From: an uncultured Gammaproteobacteria bacterium | Lineage (GTDB): Bacteria; Pseudomonadota; Gammaproteobacteria; Chromatiales; Chromatiaceae | Direction: 5' to 3' | DNA: 64,000 bases | Assembly (NCBI GenBank): GCA_937862735.1 | Contig: CALMDH010000243.1 | Span: 1,423-65,422 of the forward strand | Notes under the pieces: generated by a model | Told to the model about the DNA's origin: nothing | Seen by the model: the letters and a program-made list of their open reading frames with translations, nothing else | Database searches by the model: none | Translations under genes and position numbers: made by a program | Shown here: in pieces, positions 16,094 through 26,100 of the stretch | How positions within the stretch are numbered: the first letter of the stretch is position 1 | Layout of the letters: each line of letters starts with the position of its first letter

Positions 16094-16756
16094 ATGCTGC
16101 TCAAGGCCATCATCGACGATCAGGAACTCAGCCTCGAGGTCCCGGAACAAGTCCTACGGCAGGGTCAGGGCTTCTTCGCCAAGCTGGACGCCGACATGGA
16201 CCAGGGCTGGCAGATGAGCCGCGAGTGGGTCGCCCGGCCCAACCAGATCGAGCGCTGCCAGATCGTCGCTGACAAGCTCCTGACCGCCCTGGAAAAGGAG
16301 AACGAGCGGCTGGGCATGCTCATGGCCGGTTACCTGCTCAGCCGCCTGCCCGGACTGGAGGCCGTGACCCTCGACACTCAGGGCGAGGTGCAAAACACCC
16401 TCTTCACCCTCGCCGAGTCCCCAGGCGCGACACCCCTGGGCTCGGCCGTCAGCGGCCCGACCGCCAGCCCACCCCTGTCCCGGGGTGAAGAGGACGCGGC
16501 ACCCCCGGCGGAGACCTCCTTCACCCCCACGCCGGCACCCCGGGGGCTGGACAAATTCCAGGCCCTGGAGCAGGCCGGCAACGACGTCACCCCGGTCTTC
16601 AAGGTCGGCAAGGGCTACCGCTTCTCGGTCTACGATCACGCCAGCGGCCAATGGCTGGACGCCCCCCTGGTCGCCAAGGAGGCCGACGCCGAGCGCCTGC
16701 GCCAGGCGGCCTTCAAGGCGCGCTTCGAGTCCCTGCAGCAACCGCCGGGGGGATAG
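16094..16756 (+). CDS. Hypothetical protein
   Basis: Start moved to the ATG at 16094, preceded by AAGAGGA. Codon usage is GC3-rich like the core genes. No motif recognised. Confidence 0.5.
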   Translation: MLLKAIIDDQELSLEVPEQVLRQGQGFFAKLDADMDQGWQMSREWVARPNQIERCQIVADKLLTALEKENERLGMLMAGYLLSRLPGLEAVTLDTQGEVQNTLFTLAESPGATPLGSAVSGPTASPPLSRGEEDAAPPAETSFTPTPAPRGLDKFQALEQAGNDVTPVFKVGKGYRFSVYDHASGQWLDAPLVAKEADAERLRQAAFKARFESLQQPPGG

Positions 16757-16797
16757 CCATGCCTGGGTGTTCCCCAGATTTCCTATCCGTTTGCTGA

Positions 16798-18408
16798 TCA
16801 GCCTCCGGATTGCTCATGGTCCGCCGGCATGAAAATTGTAATCAACAGCGAACGCGCTCGAGTCATGCCGACGTAGTGGTCCGGGATTGACGCGTCGGGG
16901 TTTATCGGTCGGGGTAGGTCGACCAGGATCACGCATTCGTTCTCCAACCCTTTGAACTGTTTGATCTCGGCAAAGCTGATACCGCCGGGCGGGAAGCTCA
17001 GCAGCGCGTACTCGTCCAGCTCGATTATGTCCGCGGACACCCGGCCAGGTAGCAGCGAGACCGAAGATTCCGCCAATGGCAGTGGCGAGAGGAGGGTTAT
17101 CTCGCTGACTCCAAGACCTCCAGGGCCGGTGAGACGACGCAACTCATCCGCGAGAATGCTTGCTGCTGCCTCGCGATTGGCCGCGTCGCGAACAATCACC
17201 TCTGGGCCATTGCCTGTGCCGCGGCTACCCATATCGGCTCCGAGCAGAGCCTGGATCTCCCCCATAATCTGCAGGGTGTTGCGACAGTTCTTCCGCAGCG
17301 GCAGCGGAGCGGGGTCCGGACAATATGAATGCAGCAGTGCCAGTGCATCCGGGTCCGGCATCCAGTAGCCCGCCTGATTGTTGAAGTCGTGGAAGAAGCA
17401 CCAGCGACCCTGCTCCAGCCCATCCTTCAGAGCACCATTTAGTTGCTCCAGGGTGCTCATGTCCAGCAGATCCTGTCCCTCGTCGACGATCAACGCGTCG
17501 AAGTGGTCCACATGCGCCCTGCGGGCCGCGGTTCGCACGGCTCGGGCCAAACTCACCGTCACGCCAGGGATTGCGAATTTCTTCTCCAGCCAACGTTTTA
17601 ACCAGGGTGACTGGCAGGCGAGCAGGACCTTGCTGCCACTTGCGGACCAACGCCGCGCCAGCTCCAGGGCGAGAAAAGTCTTGCCGGTGCCCGCCCCGCC
17701 ACTGCAAATAACTCGTGCACGGCCTTCGACGAAATCCATCAGAGTCATCTGATCGGCCGTCAGCGACGCGACCCGCTGCTCGAGCCCATCGAGGGTGACA
17801 TGGAGCGGGATGCCGACGTCGAATTCCGGGCGTAGCAAGGCGTTGACGGCGGCAACGGCCTCGTCACCCGCGTCGCGAAGCCTGTGCTCGTCACGACCGC
17901 GCCAGAAGCGGTAGAGCCCCGTCAGCCAGCGCTCCAGGTCGCGCATTTTGCGGAAATCGGCCACCATCATCGGCTCCCACTCGACGCTGGAGATCGTCCA
18001 GTCGCAGTCCGGGAAGACCACGCCATAGCCCCAGGTGAGCTGAGACCACAAGGCTGGCGGCAGCTCGGCCTCGATGCGTTTGCGCAGCGCGTGCATGGCC
18101 GACTCTGCCTGGCTGAACGGACTCCGGTTTAGGCGGTTACGCTCGCCGAATTGATTGACGGTGAACCAATCGCCGGCCTCGCAGCTAATGCGCCCTCCCT
18201 TAACCTCGAGCACCAGGACACCGGCCGGGCCGACGATGACGAAATCGGCCTCGCCGAAGCGGTTCTCCGGATGCCGGGTCAGGTTCATCGAATGGAAGCC
18301 CGTCAGCCTGGGCCCGGAGCCGGTCTCGAACGCCATTCGGAGTCGGTCGAACAGAGCCTTTTCCGCATTGCTCCGGGTCGGGTACGGGGTGGACGGAATC
18401 ATCTTCAT
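16798..18408 (-). CDS. NERD-domain nuclease fused to an SF1 (UvrD/DUF2075-like) helicase
   Basis: 536 aa. The N-terminus (GEADFVIVGPAGVLVLEVKGG) is NERD / PD-(D/E)xK-like. Then Walker A SGGAGTGKT, Walker B ALIVDEGQDL, KNCRNT, KGLENECVILVDL and YVGMTRARSLL, the SF1 C-terminal motifs. It is the last gene of the five-gene operon. Confidence 0.75.
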   Translation of the reverse strand: MKMIPSTPYPTRSNAEKALFDRLRMAFETGSGPRLTGFHSMNLTRHPENRFGEADFVIVGPAGVLVLEVKGGRISCEAGDWFTVNQFGERNRLNRSPFSQAESAMHALRKRIEAELPPALWSQLTWGYGVVFPDCDWTISSVEWEPMMVADFRKMRDLERWLTGLYRFWRGRDEHRLRDAGDEAVAAVNALLRPEFDVGIPLHVTLDGLEQRVASLTADQMTLMDFVEGRARVICSGGAGTGKTFLALELARRWSASGSKVLLACQSPWLKRWLEKKFAIPGVTVSLARAVRTAARRAHVDHFDALIVDEGQDLLDMSTLEQLNGALKDGLEQGRWCFFHDFNNQAGYWMPDPDALALLHSYCPDPAPLPLRKNCRNTLQIMGEIQALLGADMGSRGTGNGPEVIVRDAANREAAASILADELRRLTGPGGLGVSEITLLSPLPLAESSVSLLPGRVSADIIELDEYALLSFPPGGISFAEIKQFKGLENECVILVDLPRPINPDASIPDHYVGMTRARSLLITIFMPADHEQSGG

Positions 18409-18418
18409 TGGTCCGACC

Positions 18419-20029
18419 TCATGGTTGCAGCATGTCCCGAACCCGGGCTTCGAGCTTCGTCGGCACCTCGACGGAGACCAGCTGCCGCAGCAACCGGGCC
18501 GGGTCCACTTCGGTCCGAACGGCCTTCACATCGCCGTCGAGGACCAAGTGCAAACCGCGGCCGTCCACCTGAAGTCGGTAATCGCCCTTGCCAAGGCTGA
18601 TGCGGGTGCGGAGCAGGGCCTGCCAGCCCATTTCGCGGACCAGGGTCAGGGCCGCCTCGCGTTGCTGCTTGCTCCAGTCGGCGTCCCCGGCTGACAGCAG
18701 CTCCCGCAATGGGCGTACCCGCGGTGGTGCTGGGCCCAGTTCCAGTCCGCTGTGCTGCAGCCGGTGGGCCATGGCGGCCATGCGATGGCCCGTGGCGGCT
18801 GCGAGCCCCGGGATGTCCCGCACAGACTGGGGCAGCTCCATCCAACTGCCGCGGGCGGCGAACAGTGCGGCGGCGACCAGCAGGTCCTGCTCGGAGAGCT
18901 GCGTTAATTCCTGCGCGAGCGTCAACAGATCGCCGCACCGGGGGCGCAGAAAGAATAGGATCAGCCCGCGGGACAAGGGTCGCGCATGACGCCCAAGGAG
19001 CTCCGAGACGGTGGCGTCGCCCAGGCCGAGCAGACCCTCCAGGTCCTGGATCAATCGGGCCAGGGCCTCTTGCCATTTGGGTTCGCTCAGCCCTCGGCGC
19101 TCCGTCTCCAGCGCAGCAAGCACAGCCTGATGAGTGTCCGGCGGGCACCATGGCTCGCCGGCGGCAACCATGTCGTCCGCAGCGACCTTGGCGGCGACGA
19201 CGGCCTTGAGGATCTGCGTCAAAAGGCGCGACTGGATCTCGGCCCCCGCATCGGGTTCGGCTCCCGCAGCCCAGAATAGGACCGCACGCAGCAGCGGGTC
19301 CTCGGTACCCTTTCCCTCACCGGAATCGGCCAACAAGGCCGAGGCTCGTACCAGGGCATCACCCCGGTTACCTAGCCCGGCCAACAGCCCGTGCAGCGCA
19401 CCTACCGAGAGAACTCGATGCAGCGCATGGTCGCAAGGCGGCAGCGCGGAGACATCGGGCGGCCATGCGGGGCCGCCGCGGTTGCGGAACAGGCCAACCT
19501 TGATGAGTTGCCGATAGGCAGCCAGGGGTACGTTGGCGTAGTCCGACGCCTGTTCACGGACCCTGGCGCAGACCTCCTTCGACGGGAACAGGATCGCGTC
19601 CAACCAGGTGGCAGGCAATGGCGCCGGCACGAGCAGGATCTGTTCATCGCCATCCGCCTCATCGGGCCAATCGAGGGCATGCATCCGTCCCTGTGAGTCG
19701 ACGGCTTGTACCTCGCCGCGCAACGCCCTCAGGTCCACGCTCGCCGCCAACGCTTCCAGATAGGTCTCCTCCGCAGCTGCCTGGTCCAGGGCCTCTGCCG
19801 GAATCCGCTCGGCGAACAGCGGAATCCATCCCGGCGCCGCTAACAATGGGTCGGCATAGTACTTACGCCCAAAGCCCCGTGGTCCGGTCACCAGGCCGGC
19901 GGCGAGCATGAACATCAGATTGAGCTGATTGCTCACCAGCAACCAGTGGCTGCGTGGCTTGCGGCGCGGCGCTGGAGCCGGCGAGGTCAATTCAAGCTCG
20001 GCAGATTGCTCGGACACGGTCACCTCCAA
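18419..20029 (-). CDS. Hypothetical 536-aa protein, no recognisable domain
   Basis: Long ORF in operon position 4, overlapping the upstream gene by 10 nt and ending 10 nt before the downstream start. It is Ala/Leu-rich and probably helical. I recognise no catalytic motif. Confidence 0.6.
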   Translation of the reverse strand: MEVTVSEQSAELELTSPAPAPRRKPRSHWLLVSNQLNLMFMLAAGLVTGPRGFGRKYYADPLLAAPGWIPLFAERIPAEALDQAAAEETYLEALAASVDLRALRGEVQAVDSQGRMHALDWPDEADGDEQILLVPAPLPATWLDAILFPSKEVCARVREQASDYANVPLAAYRQLIKVGLFRNRGGPAWPPDVSALPPCDHALHRVLSVGALHGLLAGLGNRGDALVRASALLADSGEGKGTEDPLLRAVLFWAAGAEPDAGAEIQSRLLTQILKAVVAAKVAADDMVAAGEPWCPPDTHQAVLAALETERRGLSEPKWQEALARLIQDLEGLLGLGDATVSELLGRHARPLSRGLILFFLRPRCGDLLTLAQELTQLSEQDLLVAAALFAARGSWMELPQSVRDIPGLAAATGHRMAAMAHRLQHSGLELGPAPPRVRPLRELLSAGDADWSKQQREAALTLVREMGWQALLRTRISLGKGDYRLQVDGRGLHLVLDGDVKAVRTEVDPARLLRQLVSVEVPTKLEARVRDMLQP

Positions 20030-21213
20030 CGTCTCAGGATGCCTTCATCGCTCGGCAGGACAGCCTCGATCGGACACGGTCGACCGGCCTGGCGTAGCAG
20101 GATCACCTGATCGCGAGCGCGAGAGATCATCACATAGAACAGGCGTCGCTTGCTGTCCATCCAGGTCTCGTCCTCCAAGTGGCAGGGGTATTGGTCAATA
20201 TCGGCCAGAAACACGCTGTCGAACTCCAGGCCCTTCGCGGCTTGGGCATTAATGACGAAGATCCCGCCCAGGCTGAAGCGATGGTCGCCGTCGGGCTCTT
20301 TACTCGAATAGGTCACGATCCGCGGTGCGCCGTGATCGAGCTGAAGCGCCGGACGGCCAACGGCTTGGCGCAACGCGTCCAGCCAGCGCCGTCGGCAGTT
20401 TTCGGTGGGCGTCAGCACCCCGATCAGCCGCTCAGGATCGCGGTCGACCAGCTTGAGTAGGCGCTCAATCACCGTCTCGAAGCTCAAGCGGCAGCCTTGT
20501 CCGTAGTCCACCAGCACCGGTGTGCTGCAGGGGCGATTACGTGGCTCCGTGACCGGCGGGGTCGCTGGGTCAGGGACGCAAAAGGCGAGCGCAAGGCGGG
20601 CAACGCGGTCGCAGTTACGGTAGTTCTCGGTCAGCACCACACGGTCTGCGGCGCTGATGGCAAGGCTGGTCACGATATCGTGCAGGCTGCTGTTCTCTTC
20701 GGTGATCTGCTGGTTCTGATCGGCGACGACATAGAAATGCTCGTAGCCGAGTTCCAGCAGGGCCTTGTAGAACGCCTTCGGCATGTCTTGCCCTTCGTCG
20801 ATGACGATGTAGGGCGTGATCGGCGGGCGTAGCTCCGCGGGGGCCGACTCCAGTGCGCTGTTCACGCCCTCCCAGTCAATCGCGTAGCTTAGGCCATCCT
20901 TGACCGGGCAGTCCCGCGCCAGGGCGTAGCGAAAAATGCTCTTGAACCGGCGAATCCAGGTGTCCGCGTTCACCGCCCCATCCACCAGCTCCCGACTCGC
21001 CTCCAGAAGGAGCCGGTTGTAGGCTAGAAAGACATAGCGCTGGCCACCCTGGTCGCGATGGTGCCGACGCACCCGCAGCAGGGCCACTACCGATTTCCCA
21101 GTGCCGGGTCCACCGACGATCAGGTGGCAACCGTCCATCGGCAGCATGCGCGCCCGCTCCTGCTCCTTGCTCAGCTCCTGAATTTCCGGGAGCCTCCAGA
21201 CTCGCGCTGCCAT
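20020..21213 (-). CDS. Compact SF1 UvrD-like P-loop ATPase
   Basis: 397 aa. Walker A VGGPGTGKS, Walker B YIVIDEGQDM, ENYRNC, KGLEFDSVFL and YVMISRARDQVIL. At this size it lacks most accessory subdomains of full-length UvrD/Rep helicases. Confidence 0.7.
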   Translation of the reverse strand: MAARVWRLPEIQELSKEQERARMLPMDGCHLIVGGPGTGKSVVALLRVRRHHRDQGGQRYVFLAYNRLLLEASRELVDGAVNADTWIRRFKSIFRYALARDCPVKDGLSYAIDWEGVNSALESAPAELRPPITPYIVIDEGQDMPKAFYKALLELGYEHFYVVADQNQQITEENSSLHDIVTSLAISAADRVVLTENYRNCDRVARLALAFCVPDPATPPVTEPRNRPCSTPVLVDYGQGCRLSFETVIERLLKLVDRDPERLIGVLTPTENCRRRWLDALRQAVGRPALQLDHGAPRIVTYSSKEPDGDHRFSLGGIFVINAQAAKGLEFDSVFLADIDQYPCHLEDETWMDSKRRLFYVMISRARDQVILLRQAGRPCPIEAVLPSDEGILRRWR

Positions 21214-21218
21214 TGGCG

Positions 21219-23183
21219 TCAGTCCTCGCCGGCGAAATCCAGCAACGGGCGGATGGCGCCATTGAGGTCACCGGCGATGAACACCCGGTCCAGCAGCAGG
21301 TTGCCGAATTGGCAGCTAGGCTCTGGTAGCAGGGTGCAGGCGTGACAGGCGGCCCGGTTGAGCTGGCTCGGCCCCTGGCCTTCATGCTCGGCGCATACCG
21401 GGTCCAGAGAGCACCAGTCGGCATGGTCGAAGACGCTGGAGAGCAGGCGCAGAAAGCGGCTCGGCTCGGCCAGCTCCTCAAGTCCGCCGAGGGAGCCGGC
21501 CAGGTCCGGCACCGCAACATAGGCAAGGATGCCGGCCATCGGCGCATCGCCCTCGGCGCAGTAGACGCGCTCGCGGATCGAGGCCGCCGGATAGCCGGCC
21601 TCTGCCTCCAGACGGCGGATCATCAGATGGGCCAGGGTGTGAAGCAGCAGGAAACGGGGCGTGATGGGCAAAGGCGGCTCGTTCACCAGCCTCAGTCCAG
21701 CACGCCGGAAGCGTTGGTCCATGGTCTCGGCGCGCTGGGCCAGCCCCTCTTGGCATTGCCAACGCCGCAATATCACCTCGTTGAGACTGAAGAAGATGCC
21801 TTCGCCGTAAAGCTCGATGGCCGGTAACCAGTCTTTGCTGTTGTCCAGATCCGCGGGCAACCAGCCGCTGCGCAGGGCCGCGGATCTCTCCTCCGTGTTT
21901 GGATGCAGGCCGTCATCAAAGCCCTGCTCGATACGGCTGAAGCCACGGAAGATGCGGACCTCGCGCAGCCGCCTCACCGCCACCAGCTGATTCACCGCAC
22001 TTCGAACGGCGGCAGCCCGATTGGCCCTTTTGTCATGGATCGGCAGGGATCGCAAGCCGTCGGTCCGATGTTCGGTGATGAAGTCCGCGCCTTCATGCTG
22101 ATCAGGAATCGGCACCGTCAGGGCGTGATACTCCTTCTCCGGCAACTGCCCGCGCGTGGCGGTTTGGCCATACAGGGGCCAGCCCTTTTCGATCTCCGCC
22201 AACGCCTCCTCCACCTGCCCCTCGGTGCAGCCGAACTCGTCGGACAGCTCCTTCAGCAGACTCAGGCGGGGCCTCCCTTCGCGAAATCGGTCGAACTTCC
22301 GTCGCGCGGCGCTGTTGCGATAGAGCCGATCCAGCACGCTGCCACGTTCAATCTGGCATTCCGGCGGGATCACTGCTAGGGCCGATTGGACGGTTGGCAG
22401 ATACAAGCGCGGGTCGCTGACCTCCAAGATCGAGAACGGCTGCTTGCTCGGGATGCCGTGCCCGGCCTCCCGCTTCTGCCAGGGTTGCAGGCGGGTGTAG
22501 CGGCCATTGAGCAGCGGCTGGCCAGGGAGGAACGTGCTGGCGCGCTTACGGCAAGTCCGGCATTGCAGTTGCCATCTCCCAGTCGTTGGGTCTCGCTGAA
22601 GGAACAGTTCCGCGTTCGGATTGGTCTTGCGGCACTGCTGAGCCTCTTCCGCAGTGGGATGGGCGAGGAAATGCCACGGCACCTCCTGCAGGCCACCTTC
22701 CGGGTGCACGAGGACCCAGTCGACCTGGCGCAGCCGCGGTTGTGATTCACAACGCAGGCAACGGGGATCCTGGTCCTCCGCCGCCTCCCCGTCGCGTCGC
22801 GAATCCCAGGGTCGATGATGCAACAGGCCACAAGCCGGGCAGCGGGTCCAGGCCGGAAACCGCACCGCGGGTACGCAGATGCCGTCGACCATGTCCTTCT
22901 CCGACAGATGCGCCATCGGTGGCTGGCGCAGGGCCTTGTCATCGAGCCCCAGGGTTGCGCGCAACAGTTCCACGTACCACAGGGGCTCGCCGGCCGGTTC
23001 GCCCTGCTTGTCCGTCCAATAGCTGATGTCCATCACCGTGAACAGAACGTTTTCGGCCCGCACCAGGGCACCGACGCCGCTGTAGCCGAGCAGGTGGGAC
23101 CAGCGTGTTGGGATATGCCGCTTCACAAGATCCGAATGACCGATGTATTTTCGACGTTGCGCATGTTGTGCAACGTCGGCCAT
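21219..23183 (-). CDS. DUF1998-domain protein, DrmB-like
   Basis: 654 aa. The N-terminus has SHLLGYSGVGALVR and Cys-pair zinc-ribbon motifs (CPACG...CLRCES, CRTCRKR). The C-terminus (FLLLHTLAHLMIRRLE...DPVCAEH...ACHACTLLPEPSCQFGNLLLDR) is the DUF1998 signature. The annotated ATG overlaps the upstream gene by 61 nt, so the exact start is uncertain. Confidence 0.8.
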   Translation of the reverse strand: MADVAQHAQRRKYIGHSDLVKRHIPTRWSHLLGYSGVGALVRAENVLFTVMDISYWTDKQGEPAGEPLWYVELLRATLGLDDKALRQPPMAHLSEKDMVDGICVPAVRFPAWTRCPACGLLHHRPWDSRRDGEAAEDQDPRCLRCESQPRLRQVDWVLVHPEGGLQEVPWHFLAHPTAEEAQQCRKTNPNAELFLQRDPTTGRWQLQCRTCRKRASTFLPGQPLLNGRYTRLQPWQKREAGHGIPSKQPFSILEVSDPRLYLPTVQSALAVIPPECQIERGSVLDRLYRNSAARRKFDRFREGRPRLSLLKELSDEFGCTEGQVEEALAEIEKGWPLYGQTATRGQLPEKEYHALTVPIPDQHEGADFITEHRTDGLRSLPIHDKRANRAAAVRSAVNQLVAVRRLREVRIFRGFSRIEQGFDDGLHPNTEERSAALRSGWLPADLDNSKDWLPAIELYGEGIFFSLNEVILRRWQCQEGLAQRAETMDQRFRRAGLRLVNEPPLPITPRFLLLHTLAHLMIRRLEAEAGYPAASIRERVYCAEGDAPMAGILAYVAVPDLAGSLGGLEELAEPSRFLRLLSSVFDHADWCSLDPVCAEHEGQGPSQLNRAACHACTLLPEPSCQFGNLLLDRVFIAGDLNGAIRPLLDFAGED

Positions 23184-26100
23184 TCACCTTTGTGCCGGTC
23201 GTCGTGGGCGTAGAGCAGACATAGGCCGCGCCTGTCGCGATTGGAACCCTTGTAGCAGAGGGCCTGCTCCTGCTTGGCGGCGCGTGCCGCCAAGGCGGCC
23301 CACTCTCTGACCAGGCGGTGGAGATCGGCCTCGGTCACGTCGCCGCGCTCCGGGTCTGCGTCGCGGCAGCGTTGGATCAGCAGCTCGATGACCTTGGCCG
23401 TCTCGGGTTTGGTCGGGTCGAAGGACGCCGCGCGGGCGTTGGCGGTGAGGTCATCGCTCGCGTGGCGCACAGAAATCACCAGGGCGGCATGCAGGGCACG
23501 TCGACGGGCTTGATAGGTGAAGGGCGTGACGCTGGTGGGCTCGACAAAGCGGTAGAAGGCCTCGTGATAGGCGCGGAAGCTCTCGTAGTGGGACAAGCTG
23601 CGGGCCTGGTCACGGTAGTAGTTGGTGATGACGATGCCGGGCACGGCGCCACGGCCGACCCGGGAGCTGGCCTGGATGTATTCGGCGGTGGTCAGCGGCT
23701 GGCCGTTGATGATCATCGCCGCCAGCCGGGAGACGTCCAGTCCCACCGAGATCATGTTGGTCGCGAGGGCGAGGTCCAGGGCCTCGAGGTCGTCGCGGGA
23801 TCGCGCCAGCCGCGCGAAGGCACGGGCGTTCTCGTCGGCAGACATGTGGCTGGTCAGGTGCGCGATCCGATCCGGCTCGACGAGTTGGCCGCGCCAGGGT
23901 TCGGGCCCCAGACCGGAGCCACCTTCGACGTCGGCGGGATCCTTTAGCTCCAGCCATTCTCGACGCAGGCGATCGATTCCATTCTCGATATCGCGCAGGG
24001 CATTACGGCTGACGCCGACGCCCTTCAGGCTGCCGTGGTAGATGAGAAGGGTCCACCAGGCATCGAGCAGGGCCTCGCGGTCGGCCGTTGCGTTGCCGAA
24101 CAAGGCCTCCGGTGCGGCAAGCAGTGCGGCGGCGAGCGGTGCCAGGCAACGTTGGCGATTGCGGGCGGGGGCCAGATAGCCAATGTAGAGCCGGCCGGGC
24201 TTGTCGTCCGTGGCGGGCACGGTGCGGGAAAAATAAGCGTCTTCGGCATTCAGGCCCGGCGGCGGGAAGATCGCGGCCTCGCGGTCATCTTGACCATCGC
24301 CATAGAGCCGCTGGCGACCGTAGAGGCGCTCCACCTGCTCGGCGGCCATCCGGATGGTCGCGGTGGAGGCGACATATTTCGGGTGCATGCCGCGTGCCCG
24401 CAGCACGGTGTCCAGCCCGGCCTCGTACAGGCCGGCGATGGAGCCCAAGGCGCTTGCAATCAGGTGCAGCTCGTCCTGGATGATCAGTTCTGGCGGCCGA
24501 TTCCCGTCGCGACCGAAGAAGGCCGAGGTATCCTCCTCCCAGGCCAGGCGGGCGAACTTGTCGATGGTTGCGAGCAACAGGGTCGGAGGTGTCTTGTAGA
24601 GGGCTGAGTCGACGACATTGCAGGGCAGGAGGCCGTCGTCCGAGACACCGAACGCGCAATCGCGGTTCGTGCAGCGAAAGTGGAAGTGCTGGTCTCCGGC
24701 ATCGAAGCCCTTACGCAGGTCAAGCGGCGATTCACACCAGGGGCATTTCTCCAGCACCAGCAGGCTCGGCGGTTGGGTCTCCCGGTTCTCGATAGCCTGC
24801 TCCAAAAGTTGCTTGGCGTCCTCGAATCGGTTGGGGCTCAATGCTCCACCGACCCAGAGCCCTAGCGTGACGGGTTCGTCTCCGAGCAATTTGGGCTGCT
24901 CCCGGCGCATCAGTTCCATGGCGCAGATGAGCCGGGCGGCGCGCAGGAACTGGTCTTTAGTCAACAGCCGCAGGGTATAGCGCATGAGCACCGTGGTACC
25001 GCCGCCGCTGGCTTTGTAACGAAGCCGCCGATACCAGATGACGAAGGCCATCAGTCCAAGATAAGCCTCGGTCTTGCCACCCCCAGTAGGGAACCAGATC
25101 AGGTCCAGGATATCGCGCTCCGGAGCGTCCTCGTCGGCCGCAGACTTGATGGCGAGCAGCAGGAAAGCGAGCTGGAATGGGCGCCAAGTCGGCGCCTTGT
25201 CATTGCGCTGTGCTTGCCGCTTCTTGGCGCCCCCTTGCATCAGGAATGCCTGGCGCATCTGGCGGGCCATCGCCAGATTGGCGAGGCCGAAGGCGCGAGC
25301 AGCAGTGTCGTCTTCACGAAGCAGGTCGACGCCGGCCTGCATACGTTCGGCGGCCCGACGCATGCGCGCCACCACGCGCTCGCCGCTGGGTCTCAGGTCG
25401 GGACCAAGGGTCGCGCACTCTGCCTGTTGTGCATCGATCCATTGACCATAGCAAGCGACGAAGCGGTCAAGCGCGGCGCAGATCGCATCCCGATGCGTGA
25501 GAATGCCTGCCAGGTCATCGACCCTCAGTGCGGCGCCATCCGCCTTGCCCGCCTCCGGATCGACCCTGGGCACCTCCACGCAGGGCAGGAATTCGGTGCG
25601 GATGCTAGTGACCCGACCATCCGTCAGGCTCCAATCCACAGCGGCACCGTGGCCGACCGCATAGATGACATGATTGCGATAGCGCAGCTCCAGCTCACGC
25701 TCCTCGTCGCTCAACAATGCCAGGTCCGTGCGCGGATAAGGGCCGACAATGCCTTTAAGTACCTGGCACGTAAGTTCGACCCCAAACAAGGCGCTTGCAT
25801 CAGCATGCTGCTCGTCGCGTCTGTCGCCGGGTCCGCCACCGGTACCTGCGTCGTCGATGCGCTGGGTATTGCTAAGGGAGATAGTGACGAGCCAACCATT
25901 GATTTGGCGGCGCCACAGGACGAACAGCTCGGCCCGGCCGTCGAAGACTGGTTGGCGCAGTGGCGGACTCCGGGGGCAAGTCGGTGCGGCGATGGTAATG
26001 GCCTCATTGCCGCCGCTGCCGAACGGCCTTGGCATCCAGGTCTCGGAGGTGAATCTTCCGGCGGCATCGCGCTCCTCACCGCGGTCGTAAACGACCGCCG

